64,000 bases of DNA, from NCBI GenBank assembly GCA_963712165.1, contig CAVQGY010000003.1, positions 434,684-498,683 of the forward strand. Direction: 5' to 3'. The position numbers and the translations under genes were made by a program. Of this stretch, positions 29,582 to 39,709 are shown in pieces; position 1 is the stretch's first letter, and the number at the start of each line of letters is the position of its first letter. Below the pieces are notes generated by a model. The model was given only the letters and a program-made list of their open reading frames with translations. It was not told the DNA's origin and did not search any database. Origin of the DNA: an uncultured Chloroflexia bacterium (GTDB taxonomy: Bacteria > Chloroflexota > Anaerolineae > Anaerolineales > UBA11858).

Positions 29582-29605
29582 GTAATCTTCGTGGTTAGTA
29601 AAACC

Positions 29606-31018
29606 TCAGGGATGGAACAAAACGTCTGCTGGCATGCCAGGTTTCAGGATGCCAGATGTGTTTTTGACGATCAACTTGACGGCATAGACCGTATTCTGGC
29701 GTTCTTCCTGGGTTTGCACATTCCTGGGAGTATATTCTGCTTGATCAGAAATATGGATAACCTCCGCTTCAAAGGTTTTATCCGGATAGGAATCTATGCT
29801 GAGTTCCGCCTGATCAGCAAGAGAGATCTGCCCATACCTGTTTTCTGGAAGATAGACAGTAACCGTCAAATTGTTAAGATCGCCAATTATCAGAGCGGTA
29901 AAGCCAGCGCCGATCATCTCTCCTGGTTCAATCGCCTTCGCCAAAACTACTCCAGAGATTGGAGACGAGATCAAGGTTTTGCCGAGCTGGAGATCGGTCA
30001 GCTCCATGGCCGCCTCCGCTTGCTTGACAGCTGCATCGGCGCTGATCAGACCGTTTTCAGCCTGAATGATCTGGGCCTGGGCCTGATCCAAACCGGATTC
30101 AGCCTGGTTCAATAGCGCTTTTGCCAGTAGAACATCAAAGGAATAATCTCCACTGGATTGGCGGGCCCAATAATCCCGGGCCAGGTCGTAACGTTCCTTG
30201 GAGACAGAGACTCTGGCCCGGGCCACCAGGATCTCTTCGTACTGGGCATCTAACAGGATCTGGTCATACTCACCTTGAGCGTCCTCAAGTGCTGCTTCAG
30301 CTGCATTGAATATCCTATCGAGCTCTTCCCTGATCTCCTGCCGGCCCCAGTAGCTGGTCTGTCTATCCCGAAGGGCAGAGGCAACCTGGAATACTGCCTG
30401 GGCATAGGCAAGGCGCTCTTCGGCTTCCAGAAAATCCTCTCCGCCAATCTCTTCAGCGAATTTCTGGAAGGACGTTAGCTCTTCCTGATAATCAATCCAG
30501 GCATGATCCACCAGAGTTCTGGCAGCCCCGATTTCTTCATTTTGCTGAAAATACCAGGCGGGCAATTCGATCTGGCTGGGAGAGACCCCAATCCAATCAG
30601 CTACCCGATTTTCACCTTCCAGAACATGAACCTGAGCCAGAACCTGTTCATACTGGATCTCAGCCGCATTTAGATTCGCTTCCGCACTGGCGTGAAAGGC
30701 GTTGGCGGAGAGCAGGGCAGCATTGGCGCTTTCCAGCATCGCTAATGCCGCGCGATATTGGGCGGTTGCCTGAGCTTTCTGGGTTAACAAGAGATCATCT
30801 TCCAGGCTTATCAATAGGTCCCCGGCTAAAACGCTGGAACCTTCTTCTACATGGATTTCTTTGATACGGCCAGATAGTTCCGGAGAGATGTTGATTTGTT
30901 TGGCCTCGATCACTCCAGAGGCCTGGATCGGCTCCAGGCTCTGGTCAGTGAGCAGAGAATCGCAGCCTGCTGAGAGCAGGAGAATGAATATAAGGGAAGG
31001 TAGGGTCCTAGTTTTCAT
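29606..31018 (-). CDS. HlyD-family periplasmic adaptor lipoprotein with long coiled-coil hairpin
   Basis: Lipobox LLLSAGC, lipoyl-like ISPELSGRIKEIHVEEGSSVLAGDLL, and C-terminal SSPISGVVL...GMPADVLF. Confidence 0.85.
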   Translation of the reverse strand: MKTRTLPSLIFILLLSAGCDSLLTDQSLEPIQASGVIEAKQINISPELSGRIKEIHVEEGSSVLAGDLLISLEDDLLLTQKAQATAQYRAALAMLESANAALLSANAFHASAEANLNAAEIQYEQVLAQVHVLEGENRVADWIGVSPSQIELPAWYFQQNEEIGAARTLVDHAWIDYQEELTSFQKFAEEIGGEDFLEAEERLAYAQAVFQVASALRDRQTSYWGRQEIREELDRIFNAAEAALEDAQGEYDQILLDAQYEEILVARARVSVSKERYDLARDYWARQSSGDYSFDVLLAKALLNQAESGLDQAQAQIIQAENGLISADAAVKQAEAAMELTDLQLGKTLISSPISGVVLAKAIEPGEMIGAGFTALIIGDLNNLTVTVYLPENRYGQISLADQAELSIDSYPDKTFEAEVIHISDQAEYTPRNVQTQEERQNTVYAVKLIVKNTSGILKPGMPADVLFHP

Positions 31019-31976
31019 GATTTCCTCCGTATTCGCGGCTTTTCATACATGAAATGAATACATCTTCAAGTGATGGGTCGGTCTCGGTTATCGAGTTCAG
31101 GTTGATCCCGGCCCCCGTGGCCAATGATCGTAATTCCTGTTTGTGAAAGTCAGGGCGGGGAGTAAAGATATGAACGATGGATCCGTAGAGTTCCGCAGTT
31201 AGATCTTGCAGACTGGATTCTTTTCTGTTTGCTGCCAGGAGCTTTAGCAGCTCTTCGGGTTGGGGTGTCTCGACTTCCAGAACAGAGTGCTGCATGAAGT
31301 CTTTCTTAATACTTGTCGGAGTTCCCTGGGCGATGATATTTCCATGTTGAATAAATGCCAGACGATGGCAGTGTTCGGCTTCATCCATATAATGGGTGGT
31401 GATAAAGATCGTGACTCCTTCCGCGACCAGTCGATACAGGAGGTCCCAGAACGCCCGGCGGGAAATGGGATCAACTCCAGCTGTAGGTTCATCCAGGAAG
31501 ATCACTTCTGGTTGGTGCAGGATAGCCGCACTGAGAGCCAGACGCTGCCTCCATCCCCCTGATAGGTCACTGGTTCTAGTTTGTTCATGACCCTCTAAAC
31601 CGGAAAGAGCTATCGCGTCCCGTATCTTTTCTGGGGTGATGCCAGGTCCTATCCCATAGGCCCGGCTGTAGAAATCGAGGTTCTGGCGAACCGATAAATC
31701 ATTATAAAGTGAAAAGTGCTGGGACATATAACCGATCCGGGGGAGAACTTCTTGGATCTGGCTCGGGATTGGTGAACCCAGGACTTCAACCGTGCCGCTC
31801 GATGGTGCCAGCAAACCCAGCATCATCCTGATAGTTGTAGTTTTCCCAGAACCATTTGGTCCCAAAAAACCGAAGATCTCGCCTTGTTGAATTTGGAGGC
31901 TGACTTCTTCAACAGCTGTGAAGTTTCCGAAATTCTTGGAGAGCTGATTAGTTTGTATGGTTATTTGAGTGGCCAT
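31008..31976 (-). CDS. ABC transporter ATP-binding protein (ABC-2/DrrA type)
   Basis: Walker A GPNGSGKTT, signature LSGGWRQRL, Walker B IFLDEPT. Confidence 0.9.
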   Translation of the reverse strand: MATQITIQTNQLSKNFGNFTAVEEVSLQIQQGEIFGFLGPNGSGKTTTIRMMLGLLAPSSGTVEVLGSPIPSQIQEVLPRIGYMSQHFSLYNDLSVRQNLDFYSRAYGIGPGITPEKIRDAIALSGLEGHEQTRTSDLSGGWRQRLALSAAILHQPEVIFLDEPTAGVDPISRRAFWDLLYRLVAEGVTIFITTHYMDEAEHCHRLAFIQHGNIIAQGTPTSIKKDFMQHSVLEVETPQPEELLKLLAANRKESSLQDLTAELYGSIVHIFTPRPDFHKQELRSLATGAGINLNSITETDPSLEDVFISCMKSREYGGNHEN

Positions 31977-31982
31977 GATTTC

Positions 31983-33107
31983 CTAATCTAATGCCTTGCG
32001 GATATAACGCAGGGAGAAAAATCCGATAATGGTTCCGAGAGCTATTAACCACAGCACATTGGGCAGTATATCAGCCATACTGGAACCTTTGAGGATGATC
32101 CCCCTCAATATTTCCAGCCAATGATGGGCAGGAATGAAATTTGCCAGGAACTGTATGATCCGGGGCATGGATTCCACTGGAGCGGCATATCCTGTAAACA
32201 TGAAGTCGATCATACCAACCATCAGCACCAATAAAAAGGATTGGTGTTGGCTCCGGGAAAAAACGGATATTGCCATACCTTTCCCTAACTCAACCAAGGT
32301 GTAGATAAAGGCGAGTGAGAACATCAGGGGGATTGATCCCCGGACAGGAACATGGAATGCAAAATGGACGACACCAAGCATAAGAGTAAAATCAAACAAG
32401 CCAATCAGGATCACAGGAATGGATTTTCCTATGATGATCTCTAATGATGTGAACGGCATGACCAGGAGCTGTTCTAGCGTTCCAAATTCACGCTCTCGCG
32501 AAAAGGTCAGAGCAGCAAATATCAAGATCGTGAATTCCAGCATCAAAGCCAATTCTGCAGGGGTAGTGAAATAAGCCTCGTTGAGGGATTCGTTAAACCA
32601 GACCCGCAGGCTGAAGTCAAAACCCTCAAATCGATCCCCGTTCGCCCCCAGCCTTTCGATGGTTATCTTTTGGCCAAGATCCCAGACGACCCCCTCGATG
32701 GCTCTCTGCGCTTCCCTGGCGGGTATGCTTTCTGCGCCATTGAGGATGACCTGCAAGATCGGTTGACCAGCACTCGAACTCAATTCCCCTGCGAATCCCC
32801 GAGGAATGATCACTGCGGCATTGAGATTTCCCCGGTCCATCTGGTCTTTAATCTCATTGAATGACCTGGCGGGTTCAACAAGTTCAAATGTACCTGTGTT
32901 TTCGATAGAGATCACCAGGTTCCTGCTTGCGGGAGTCCTATCCATGTCCCAGACCATCAAGGGCAGGTTCGAGATAGGGCGAGAAGTGGCCCATCCGATC
33001 ATCAGTAATTCCAGGGCGCCGCCAAATAACATGAAAGCAGGCAGCCACCAATCATTTTTCAGATGGAGGAATTCTTTGTTTACGAGGGCAATTATTCTTC
33101 TGATCAT
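31983..33107 (-). CDS. ABC-2 type transporter permease
   Basis: N-terminal TM helix, large periplasmic loop, then 5 C-terminal TM helices. Paralog of the next gene. Confidence 0.85.
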   Translation of the reverse strand: MIRRIIALVNKEFLHLKNDWWLPAFMLFGGALELLMIGWATSRPISNLPLMVWDMDRTPASRNLVISIENTGTFELVEPARSFNEIKDQMDRGNLNAAVIIPRGFAGELSSSAGQPILQVILNGAESIPAREAQRAIEGVVWDLGQKITIERLGANGDRFEGFDFSLRVWFNESLNEAYFTTPAELALMLEFTILIFAALTFSREREFGTLEQLLVMPFTSLEIIIGKSIPVILIGLFDFTLMLGVVHFAFHVPVRGSIPLMFSLAFIYTLVELGKGMAISVFSRSQHQSFLLVLMVGMIDFMFTGYAAPVESMPRIIQFLANFIPAHHWLEILRGIILKGSSMADILPNVLWLIALGTIIGFFSLRYIRKALD

Positions 33108-33118
33108 TGTATTGGGGA

Positions 33119-34252
33119 CTAGGCAAGCTTCTTTTTAAAGAATAATGCGGCTGTACCAGTGAATACCAGGCCCAGGAAGACCAGCATGATCGCATATGGC
33201 CAAAGCACATCAAGGCCGATACCAGTCAGGAATACACCCCGGGTGATGATCGCGTACTGCGTTCCAGGCAGGAAGAGAGATTCCATCCGTGCCAGCTCAG
33301 GCAGTGAGGCGATCGGAAAGAAAATTCCAGTTAAAAAGAAGCCTGGAAACATGACGACCAGGAAGGAAAGGGCCAGAGCAGCAGATTGAGAGCGCATAAA
33401 AACCCCGATGACCATTCCCATGCTAAGTTCAGCGAAAAGAAATAGCACTGATAAAAACAGGAATACCAGGAAACTGCCATGGAATGGAACATCAAACCAA
33501 GCCATAGCGAAAAGAGGGATCACCAGGACATTCAGGAGGCCTGCTAATATATAGGGGATGATCTTGCCCAGCAGTAATTCGATCCGTTTTATCGGGGTGG
33601 CCAAGAGCTGCTCCATCGTCCTGTGTTCGTGTTCCCGGGCCAGGGTTAGAGCCACAGAGAAAGCGGGAAAGCCCAGAACAACAGATAGAAGCCCTGGAAC
33701 TAAATCAACCTGGGGGACAAGGCTGGGGTTATACCAGGCCCGGATCCGCAGGTCTATTGGTTGGAAGGAATCCACTGTCAGACCTGAAGCCTGTAGCTGG
33801 CTGGATAGGATCTGATGAGAGAATGTTTCAGCTCTCCAGCCAATATGGTCGACAGCAAATCCACCTGTTTCAGGTTCTGTTCCGTCGATCAAAACCTGGA
33901 CAGATAACCCTCTCAGGGATAGTAGGTCTGAGCTGAATCCAGGATCGATGATCAAGGCAGCTTTGATCTTCCCTCTGATCAGAAGCTGTTCAATCTCCTC
34001 GAAGGATGATGCGCTCGTATGAAGGTCAAGATCATCGCCGGCTGTGATCTGCTGGATGAACTGCCTGGAAAGCGGACTTTGATCATAATCAAGGATAGCG
34101 ATAGGCACATGCTCAATATCAACTGCCAATGCGTAAGTCATCAACAGAAGCACAAGGGTGGGTGTGACCAATACGAGGATGAACGTTCCCCGGTCTCGAA
34201 GAATATGCTGGATTTCCTTGCGGATCACTGCCCAGAGATGACGAATAGACAT
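33119..34252 (-). CDS. ABC-2 type transporter permease
   Basis: Same architecture as 31983..33107 (YbhS/YbhR-like). Confidence 0.85.
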   Translation of the reverse strand: MSIRHLWAVIRKEIQHILRDRGTFILVLVTPTLVLLLMTYALAVDIEHVPIAILDYDQSPLSRQFIQQITAGDDLDLHTSASSFEEIEQLLIRGKIKAALIIDPGFSSDLLSLRGLSVQVLIDGTEPETGGFAVDHIGWRAETFSHQILSSQLQASGLTVDSFQPIDLRIRAWYNPSLVPQVDLVPGLLSVVLGFPAFSVALTLAREHEHRTMEQLLATPIKRIELLLGKIIPYILAGLLNVLVIPLFAMAWFDVPFHGSFLVFLFLSVLFLFAELSMGMVIGVFMRSQSAALALSFLVVMFPGFFLTGIFFPIASLPELARMESLFLPGTQYAIITRGVFLTGIGLDVLWPYAIMLVFLGLVFTGTAALFFKKKLA

Positions 34253-34254
34253 GG

Positions 34255-35193
34255 TTACTTATCCTGATCCATTTTACGAATAAAGGAAATAAAGGCTTCC
34301 TCCATGCGGGGAGTGATCTTTCGCATCTCGGAGATTCCAATATTGTCCTTCCTAAGAGCATCTTCGATGACTGCTGATCTGAGAGAAACGGAATCGATCA
34401 AAACGTGAAGTGCTTCTCCGTAACTTTGAACTTCCTGCACACCCGGGAGCGGAAGGATCAGGTTCCGGGCTGTAAGCCAATCATCCGTGACGATTTTCAA
34501 CACCTCTACACCTAATTGATTTCGAATGGCTGCTGGAGAATCGCATTGAACGATCCTGCCATCATATATCAACGCGACCCTGGAACAGCGATCAGCCTCA
34601 TCCATATAGGGCGTGCTAACTACAATGGTTGTACCCTGGACATGAAGGTCATTGAGGATATTCCAGAATTCCCTTCTGGAGACTGGGTCAACACCTGTGG
34701 TGGGCTCATCCAGTAGAAGGATTGGAGGACGGTGGAGCAATGTGCAAGCGAGGGCCAGCTTCTTTTTCATACCTCCTGAAAGATTTGCCGCTCGCCTGTT
34801 CGTAAACTCTGTCAACTGGGCGAACTCTAATAAGCCCGGTACTCGTTCTTTCTGCAGAGATGCAGGGACATTGTACAGCTCGCCAAAAAACTGCAGGTTC
34901 TCGAGAACGGAAAGTTTGCCATAGAGGCTGAATTCCTGAGCCATATACCCGATCCGGGGTTTGACGCTTTCTGGATTCTTTAACAGGTCACAACCAGCCA
35001 CCTGTACACTCCCTCCAGAAATGCCAATTAATCCAGCCAGTGTCCTTATAAGGGTTGTTTTTCCTGCTCCGTCAGGGCCAACCAGCCCAAACAACTCGCC
35101 CTGCTTGATTTCAAGATCCACATGATCAAGGGCATTTTTTTCTTTAAATCTTCTAGTAAGGCCAGCAGTCTGGATATATGTGTTTGCGGGCAT
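34255..35193 (-). CDS. ABC transporter ATP-binding protein (ABC-2/DrrA type)
   Basis: Walker A GPDGAGKTT, signature LSGGMKKKL, Walker B LLLDEPT. Confidence 0.9.
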   Translation of the reverse strand: MPANTYIQTAGLTRRFKEKNALDHVDLEIKQGELFGLVGPDGAGKTTLIRTLAGLIGISGGSVQVAGCDLLKNPESVKPRIGYMAQEFSLYGKLSVLENLQFFGELYNVPASLQKERVPGLLEFAQLTEFTNRRAANLSGGMKKKLALACTLLHRPPILLLDEPTTGVDPVSRREFWNILNDLHVQGTTIVVSTPYMDEADRCSRVALIYDGRIVQCDSPAAIRNQLGVEVLKIVTDDWLTARNLILPLPGVQEVQSYGEALHVLIDSVSLRSAVIEDALRKDNIGISEMRKITPRMEEAFISFIRKMDQDK

Positions 35194-35281
35194 TGGGGTT
35201 AGGTCGCCTAAGCTGTGAAGAAGTAGGACCTGGCACTTTTCTATAAAGTCGACATAAAAAACTCTATCTCAAAAATGATCA

Positions 35282-35563
35282 CTAATTAGCTTTCCTGATG
35301 ATCCATAATACGATCAAGGCGGCCGCGGGAGGCTCGAATATCACACCCAGCCAGCGAATCGTATCTCCAAAGCCCATCGCGGGGATCAAGAACCAATCCA
35401 CGAATCCCATGATGATGGTCGATAAGATCGAGACTATATAGTCTCCGGATACACCTATAGGACGGTTTTCCTTCCAGATCAATCCCGCCAGGGTAGCGAT
35501 AATGACCCCTACGACGATCATTGCAGCGACTAATATCATGATCTCAAAAAATATTGACATCAT
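35282..35563 (-). CDS. Small 3-TM membrane protein (GlsB/YeaQ/YmgE-like)
   Basis: 93 aa with three hydrophobic helices. ATGA overlap with the upstream gene. Confidence 0.5.
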   Translation of the reverse strand: MMSIFFEIMILVAAMIVVGVIIATLAGLIWKENRPIGVSGDYIVSILSTIIMGFVDWFLIPAMGFGDTIRWLGVIFEPPAAALIVLWIIRKAN

Positions 35564-36081
35564 TCCTCCTCTGGTGCAGCTTTATTAGGTAATGGTTCGG
35601 TTAATTTAAATTGGATCACAGGAATTTGCCGACCAAAATCAAGGATCCCTTCGGGAGTGAAATCTATCTCATACCCCATGATCTTGGAAAGGGCTTTTAA
35701 GCTGCCTGGATTCTTGCCAGCATAAATAAGAAGGACTTTTCCCCCTTCAGAGCTCTCAAGCTGTCGAGCTTTTGCTGGAGATCTTATATTTCCGACTTGA
35801 ATTTCAACGGCACTATGCTGAAGGATATTTTGATACCAATCAGAATGGGTTCCAAAACCAGAGACCACAAAATATGAGGATTCCTCAGGTTGTCTATGAA
35901 TGATCTCCAGAACAGCAAACCGATCAATCCCGGAAATTCTTCCCTTATGGCGGAGCAATAAAAACCTGTTTCCTAGAATCCATCCCAGACGGACCCGGAA
36001 AAGGTAGATTGGCAATCTCCAGGGTATGGCTTTTAATCCGCGGGGAGGTGAGGGGAATTGCACCAGGTTTCCTTTATTCAT
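35560..36081 (-). CDS. Nitroreductase-family deazaflavin(F420H2)-dependent oxidoreductase-like protein (DUF385/Ddn family)
   Basis: Family-typical layout LFRVRLGWILGNRFLLLRHKGRISG...VVSGFGTHSDWYQNI. 8-nt overlap with the tetR stop. Confidence 0.7.
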   Translation of the reverse strand: MNKGNLVQFPSPPRGLKAIPWRLPIYLFRVRLGWILGNRFLLLRHKGRISGIDRFAVLEIIHRQPEESSYFVVSGFGTHSDWYQNILQHSAVEIQVGNIRSPAKARQLESSEGGKVLLIYAGKNPGSLKALSKIMGYEIDFTPEGILDFGRQIPVIQFKLTEPLPNKAAPEEE

Positions 36082-36676
36082 GGCAGCACAAACCCCGCAG
36101 CAGAATCTGGGTGTTATTCATTATATGCTTTTTGATTTCAATCCCGTCCGGATCATAGATCCAGAGCATCAGAGTGCCTTCTATGATTGCCCCCATGGCT
36201 ATCGCAGCGTCCCGGGCGGAACTCACTTTAAACTCCCCGGATTCTATGCCCTGCTGGAAAAGGATTTCAAGTAATTCCATATTCCTACTGTAGAAGGAAG
36301 AGATGAATTTCTTGATTGACTCTCGGCGAAAAGCCAACACCAGGAATTCATAGATGAGCGGCATCCATTTGAGCATGTGTTGAATGTCATCAGCTCCTTT
36401 TTCCGCGTAGATCAACAGCCTTTCACCGGAGCTGCGATCATCTTCAAGCAGGGATCTAAGATCCCGGAGTTCTGGCTCAAACACCTTCTCAAGAAGACCG
36501 AGGATGATGGCGTCTTTGCTTTCAAAATACCAATATAAAGCTCCTTTGCTTAAGCCTGATGCCACAGCGATATCCGACATGCGTGTTTTATGGAAACCGC
36601 GTTCAGAAAATATATCCCTGGCGGCCTCCAGGATTTGCGCCTTCCGTTTCTCGGAGACATCAGCTCTGGGTGACAT
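36074..36676 (-). CDS. TetR/AcrR-family transcriptional regulator
   Basis: N-terminal HTH: KRKAQILEAARDIFSERGFHKTRMSDIAVASGLSKGALYWYFESKD. Confidence 0.9.
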   Translation of the reverse strand: MSPRADVSEKRKAQILEAARDIFSERGFHKTRMSDIAVASGLSKGALYWYFESKDAIILGLLEKVFEPELRDLRSLLEDDRSSGERLLIYAEKGADDIQHMLKWMPLIYEFLVLAFRRESIKKFISSFYSRNMELLEILFQQGIESGEFKVSSARDAAIAMGAIIEGTLMLWIYDPDGIEIKKHIMNNTQILLRGLCCHE

Positions 36677-36768
36677 GATTTCCTCTGTGTTTTATACTGA
36701 CCGTCCGGTCAGTTTTAGTATAGAGGATAGTATAGGTGATGTCAATAGATGGTGAGGTTGGTGGGGAT

Positions 36769-39669
36769 CTAACTGGTTGGGTAGGCGGTTTGGTTCCGGC
36801 CAGATTGTTTGGCCCGGTACATATATTGATCAGCGGCATTGACCAGATCTGATAAGGTATCCATCTCTTCATTCAGCTCTACAACCCCCAGGCTGAGTGT
36901 GATATTCACCTGGTGAGCGTTGAGCTCGAAGAATTGGCCGGCAACCGTTATGCGGATCCGCTCTGCAACGTGAAAAGCGATTGGCAGGGGGGTTTCTGGA
37001 AGGATGATCAAAAATTCCTCACCACCGATCCTGGAAAAGATATCTATCTTGCGGATAACACTCTGACAACAGGCGACAACTTCTCTCAGGACTTCATCTC
37101 CAGCATCGTGGCCGTAGGTGTCATTGATATCTTTGAATTTATCAAGATCGAAAAAGATTGCAGATAAGGAACTATTGAACCGTTTAGCCCTGTCGATCTC
37201 ATATTGCCCCCAGCGTTCCAGTCCCCGGCGGTTGAAGACGTTCGTGAGGGGATCCGTAATTGCCAGGTCCTGGATCTCCTTGTGGAGCCTTGCGTGCTCC
37301 AGGGCGATAGAAGCCTGGCTGGCAAACGCGGTTAACAGTTCCTCGTGTTCCTTGTTATAGAAATGCTTTTGTTTGTTATTCAGGGACAAGAAGCCGATTA
37401 CCTGAGCACCAGCAAGGATAGGCGCACCCGCCCAGGACATGACATCTTCGGTGCTCTCTGTCTTGATCCAGTCTTGATCGAGATTGGTGTCAGGGATGAT
37501 CAGCGGTTTTTTGGACTGGGTCATTTTTTCAAAGGTGGTGAACCGGGAGAAATCAAATTTATCGATCGACAAATCCCTTCCTTCATCGACCTGATCCTGA
37601 TAGCCATGCTGGCGAACGGTCCTGGCAACACCTTCCTCGACCAAGATCAAGTTGGCTGAGTCATAATCGATTGCAGTGGCGATCTGGTCAAGGATTTGAT
37701 CGAGAACTACTTCGATATCCAGGGAAGATTGGATAGCCTGTCCCGTATGCTGAAGGGCTTGGGCAAGTTTCCTTTGTTTCTTCTCTGCTTCGAAAGTCCT
37801 GGCATTATTGATGGCAATGGCTGCCTGGTTGCTAAGCAGATCCAGAACTTGAAGGAGGTTATCATCTAACTCACCAGGGTTGATGAAACTGACGTTCATG
37901 ATGCCAATCACATTGCGATGGAATATCAATGGCAGGCTTGCCAGGGCACCTGTTTTCCAGCTGTCCGGCAGGTTTTTCTCAAATTGAATATCAGGTATGA
38001 GGATCCGCTCCCCCTGCTGGGCAGTTTTATAGAAAATCGAGTTTTCATCGAGAGGAAATACTGGATCAGGCTGGATACCTTCTTTATAGATCACCGCCCC
38101 GAAATCCAGTGTTTTTCCATCATAAAGGAAGATCTGGGCATCCCGGGCTGATACCAGGTTCAGGACCTGATCCAAAATGCTTTCAAGAACACTTTTAAGT
38201 TCTAGATTATCAGAAACCATCAAATTGGCTTTTCTGAGAGAATCCGCGATAATCCTCTGTTCCCGTTCAGCTTGCAGGAATTGCATACTAATGATTGCAG
38301 ATGCCGCTTGATCGGCCAGAAGACGCAGGATGGTCTTCTCATCCTTGCTAAATGACCTTACATCTGGATACCAGATATTGAGTATGCCGATCACCTCCGC
38401 TGCTGCTTTCAAGGCAAAGGAGATCAGAGCTTCTTTTTGCCCTGGTGATTCTTGCTGGATGTCTTTAAATGCAGTCACATCAGAGATGAAGTAATCCTGG
38501 GCGGTTTGCGCGACTTGAAGGGAGATCTCTTCCTCTCCTGGATGGGAAAAGGGAAGGGTTTGCTGGCTATTCTTGCCAAGTGAGATATAAAAACGCAGAT
38601 TTTGATCATGGTAGAGATAGATATTGGCATCATATGCCGGCGTAAGTTCGAAGATTTGAGATAAAACACTTTGCAGACCGGATTCAAGATGATCGCTGGA
38701 TGATATGTCCAAGCTGGTTTTTTGGAGGGAATCCAGTTCTCTGGCCCTTAAGATCAAATTTTCTTCAATGCGTTTCTTGTAAATGATGGCACCGAGGGTC
38801 TGGGCAATACTTCTGAATGTATTCAGCTCAGTTTTATCCCAGGATGTTTCTCGCTGGAAGGTCTCAAAGCCGATGAAACCCCACAGGGAATTATTGGCAA
38901 AGACAGGAAAAACGGCAAAATTCCCTTCTTCACGCAGATAGAAATATTCCCTGATCGGCTCTGCAAGCTCTTCCAATCTTCCAGTGCTTGGTATATCATC
39001 CCGGGCGGATTTGATCCAGTCAGTCAATTCTATGGGCAGAAGGGGGCTTTCCTCAGCTGGATAATTGGTTTGGATATCCATCCAGTAATGATATTTCTTC
39101 CCGGTGAAACCAACCCGGTTGTTCTCTGTGATCTGAAGCAGGAAGAGATGCTCAATATCAGCAGCAGTAGCGACTTTTTTGAGGAGCTCGGGGATCTTAT
39201 CAATCCAGTCTCGGGCTGTGATCATGTCGGTAGTCAACCGATTTGTAGCTTCCAGGGCTTCTGAAAGCCGGATCAGTTTTTGGTTGTTTTCCGTGAGTGC
39301 CAGGAACTCTGATTGAGATCTATGCTGAAGATCCCTTAAGTGACCAACGAACATGCCCGTGATGGCCAAAAGCGCAAAACCTATCAATTCCTGGAAGAGC
39401 GTGCCGCTGATCGTAGTCGTTGTATCGGGATTGGCGAGATGGAAAAGGATGTGAATGCTGACACTGAGCGCTGCTGACCCAGCGCCAAAAATCATCCCCA
39501 GGGACCAGGCGGTTACCAGGACCGGTAAGGCTCCTAGAGCCAATAAGGCCCAGTCACTTTCCTGGCTGGAGAAGAAGATGATTCCCCCCAGGTAGATCAT
39601 CCAACTCAGGAAGATCATAACCCATTCAGCCGGATCAAGGGATTGCGCGCTTTTTTGAAACCTTTTCAT
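36769..39669 (-). CDS. Membrane-anchored multi-GAF diguanylate cyclase (GGDEF)
   Basis: About 5 N-terminal TM helices and several GAF-like repeats. C-terminal GGDEF domain has active site GGEEF and an RxxD I-site (RKIDIFSRIGGEEF). Confidence 0.85.
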   Translation of the reverse strand: MKRFQKSAQSLDPAEWVMIFLSWMIYLGGIIFFSSQESDWALLALGALPVLVTAWSLGMIFGAGSAALSVSIHILFHLANPDTTTTISGTLFQELIGFALLAITGMFVGHLRDLQHRSQSEFLALTENNQKLIRLSEALEATNRLTTDMITARDWIDKIPELLKKVATAADIEHLFLLQITENNRVGFTGKKYHYWMDIQTNYPAEESPLLPIELTDWIKSARDDIPSTGRLEELAEPIREYFYLREEGNFAVFPVFANNSLWGFIGFETFQRETSWDKTELNTFRSIAQTLGAIIYKKRIEENLILRARELDSLQKTSLDISSSDHLESGLQSVLSQIFELTPAYDANIYLYHDQNLRFYISLGKNSQQTLPFSHPGEEEISLQVAQTAQDYFISDVTAFKDIQQESPGQKEALISFALKAAAEVIGILNIWYPDVRSFSKDEKTILRLLADQAASAIISMQFLQAEREQRIIADSLRKANLMVSDNLELKSVLESILDQVLNLVSARDAQIFLYDGKTLDFGAVIYKEGIQPDPVFPLDENSIFYKTAQQGERILIPDIQFEKNLPDSWKTGALASLPLIFHRNVIGIMNVSFINPGELDDNLLQVLDLLSNQAAIAINNARTFEAEKKQRKLAQALQHTGQAIQSSLDIEVVLDQILDQIATAIDYDSANLILVEEGVARTVRQHGYQDQVDEGRDLSIDKFDFSRFTTFEKMTQSKKPLIIPDTNLDQDWIKTESTEDVMSWAGAPILAGAQVIGFLSLNNKQKHFYNKEHEELLTAFASQASIALEHARLHKEIQDLAITDPLTNVFNRRGLERWGQYEIDRAKRFNSSLSAIFFDLDKFKDINDTYGHDAGDEVLREVVACCQSVIRKIDIFSRIGGEEFLIILPETPLPIAFHVAERIRITVAGQFFELNAHQVNITLSLGVVELNEEMDTLSDLVNAADQYMYRAKQSGRNQTAYPTS

Positions 39670-39709
39670 AATACCTTGCCAGCTTGAATGATATCGCTGG
39701 ACATATCTT

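Noticed and set aside
29564-30115. 183-aa plus-strand ORF.
   Set aside because: It lies entirely antisense to the well-supported HlyD adaptor gene (29606..31018). It has no recognisable motif and its start sits inside the upstream terminator, so I treat it as a shadow ORF.
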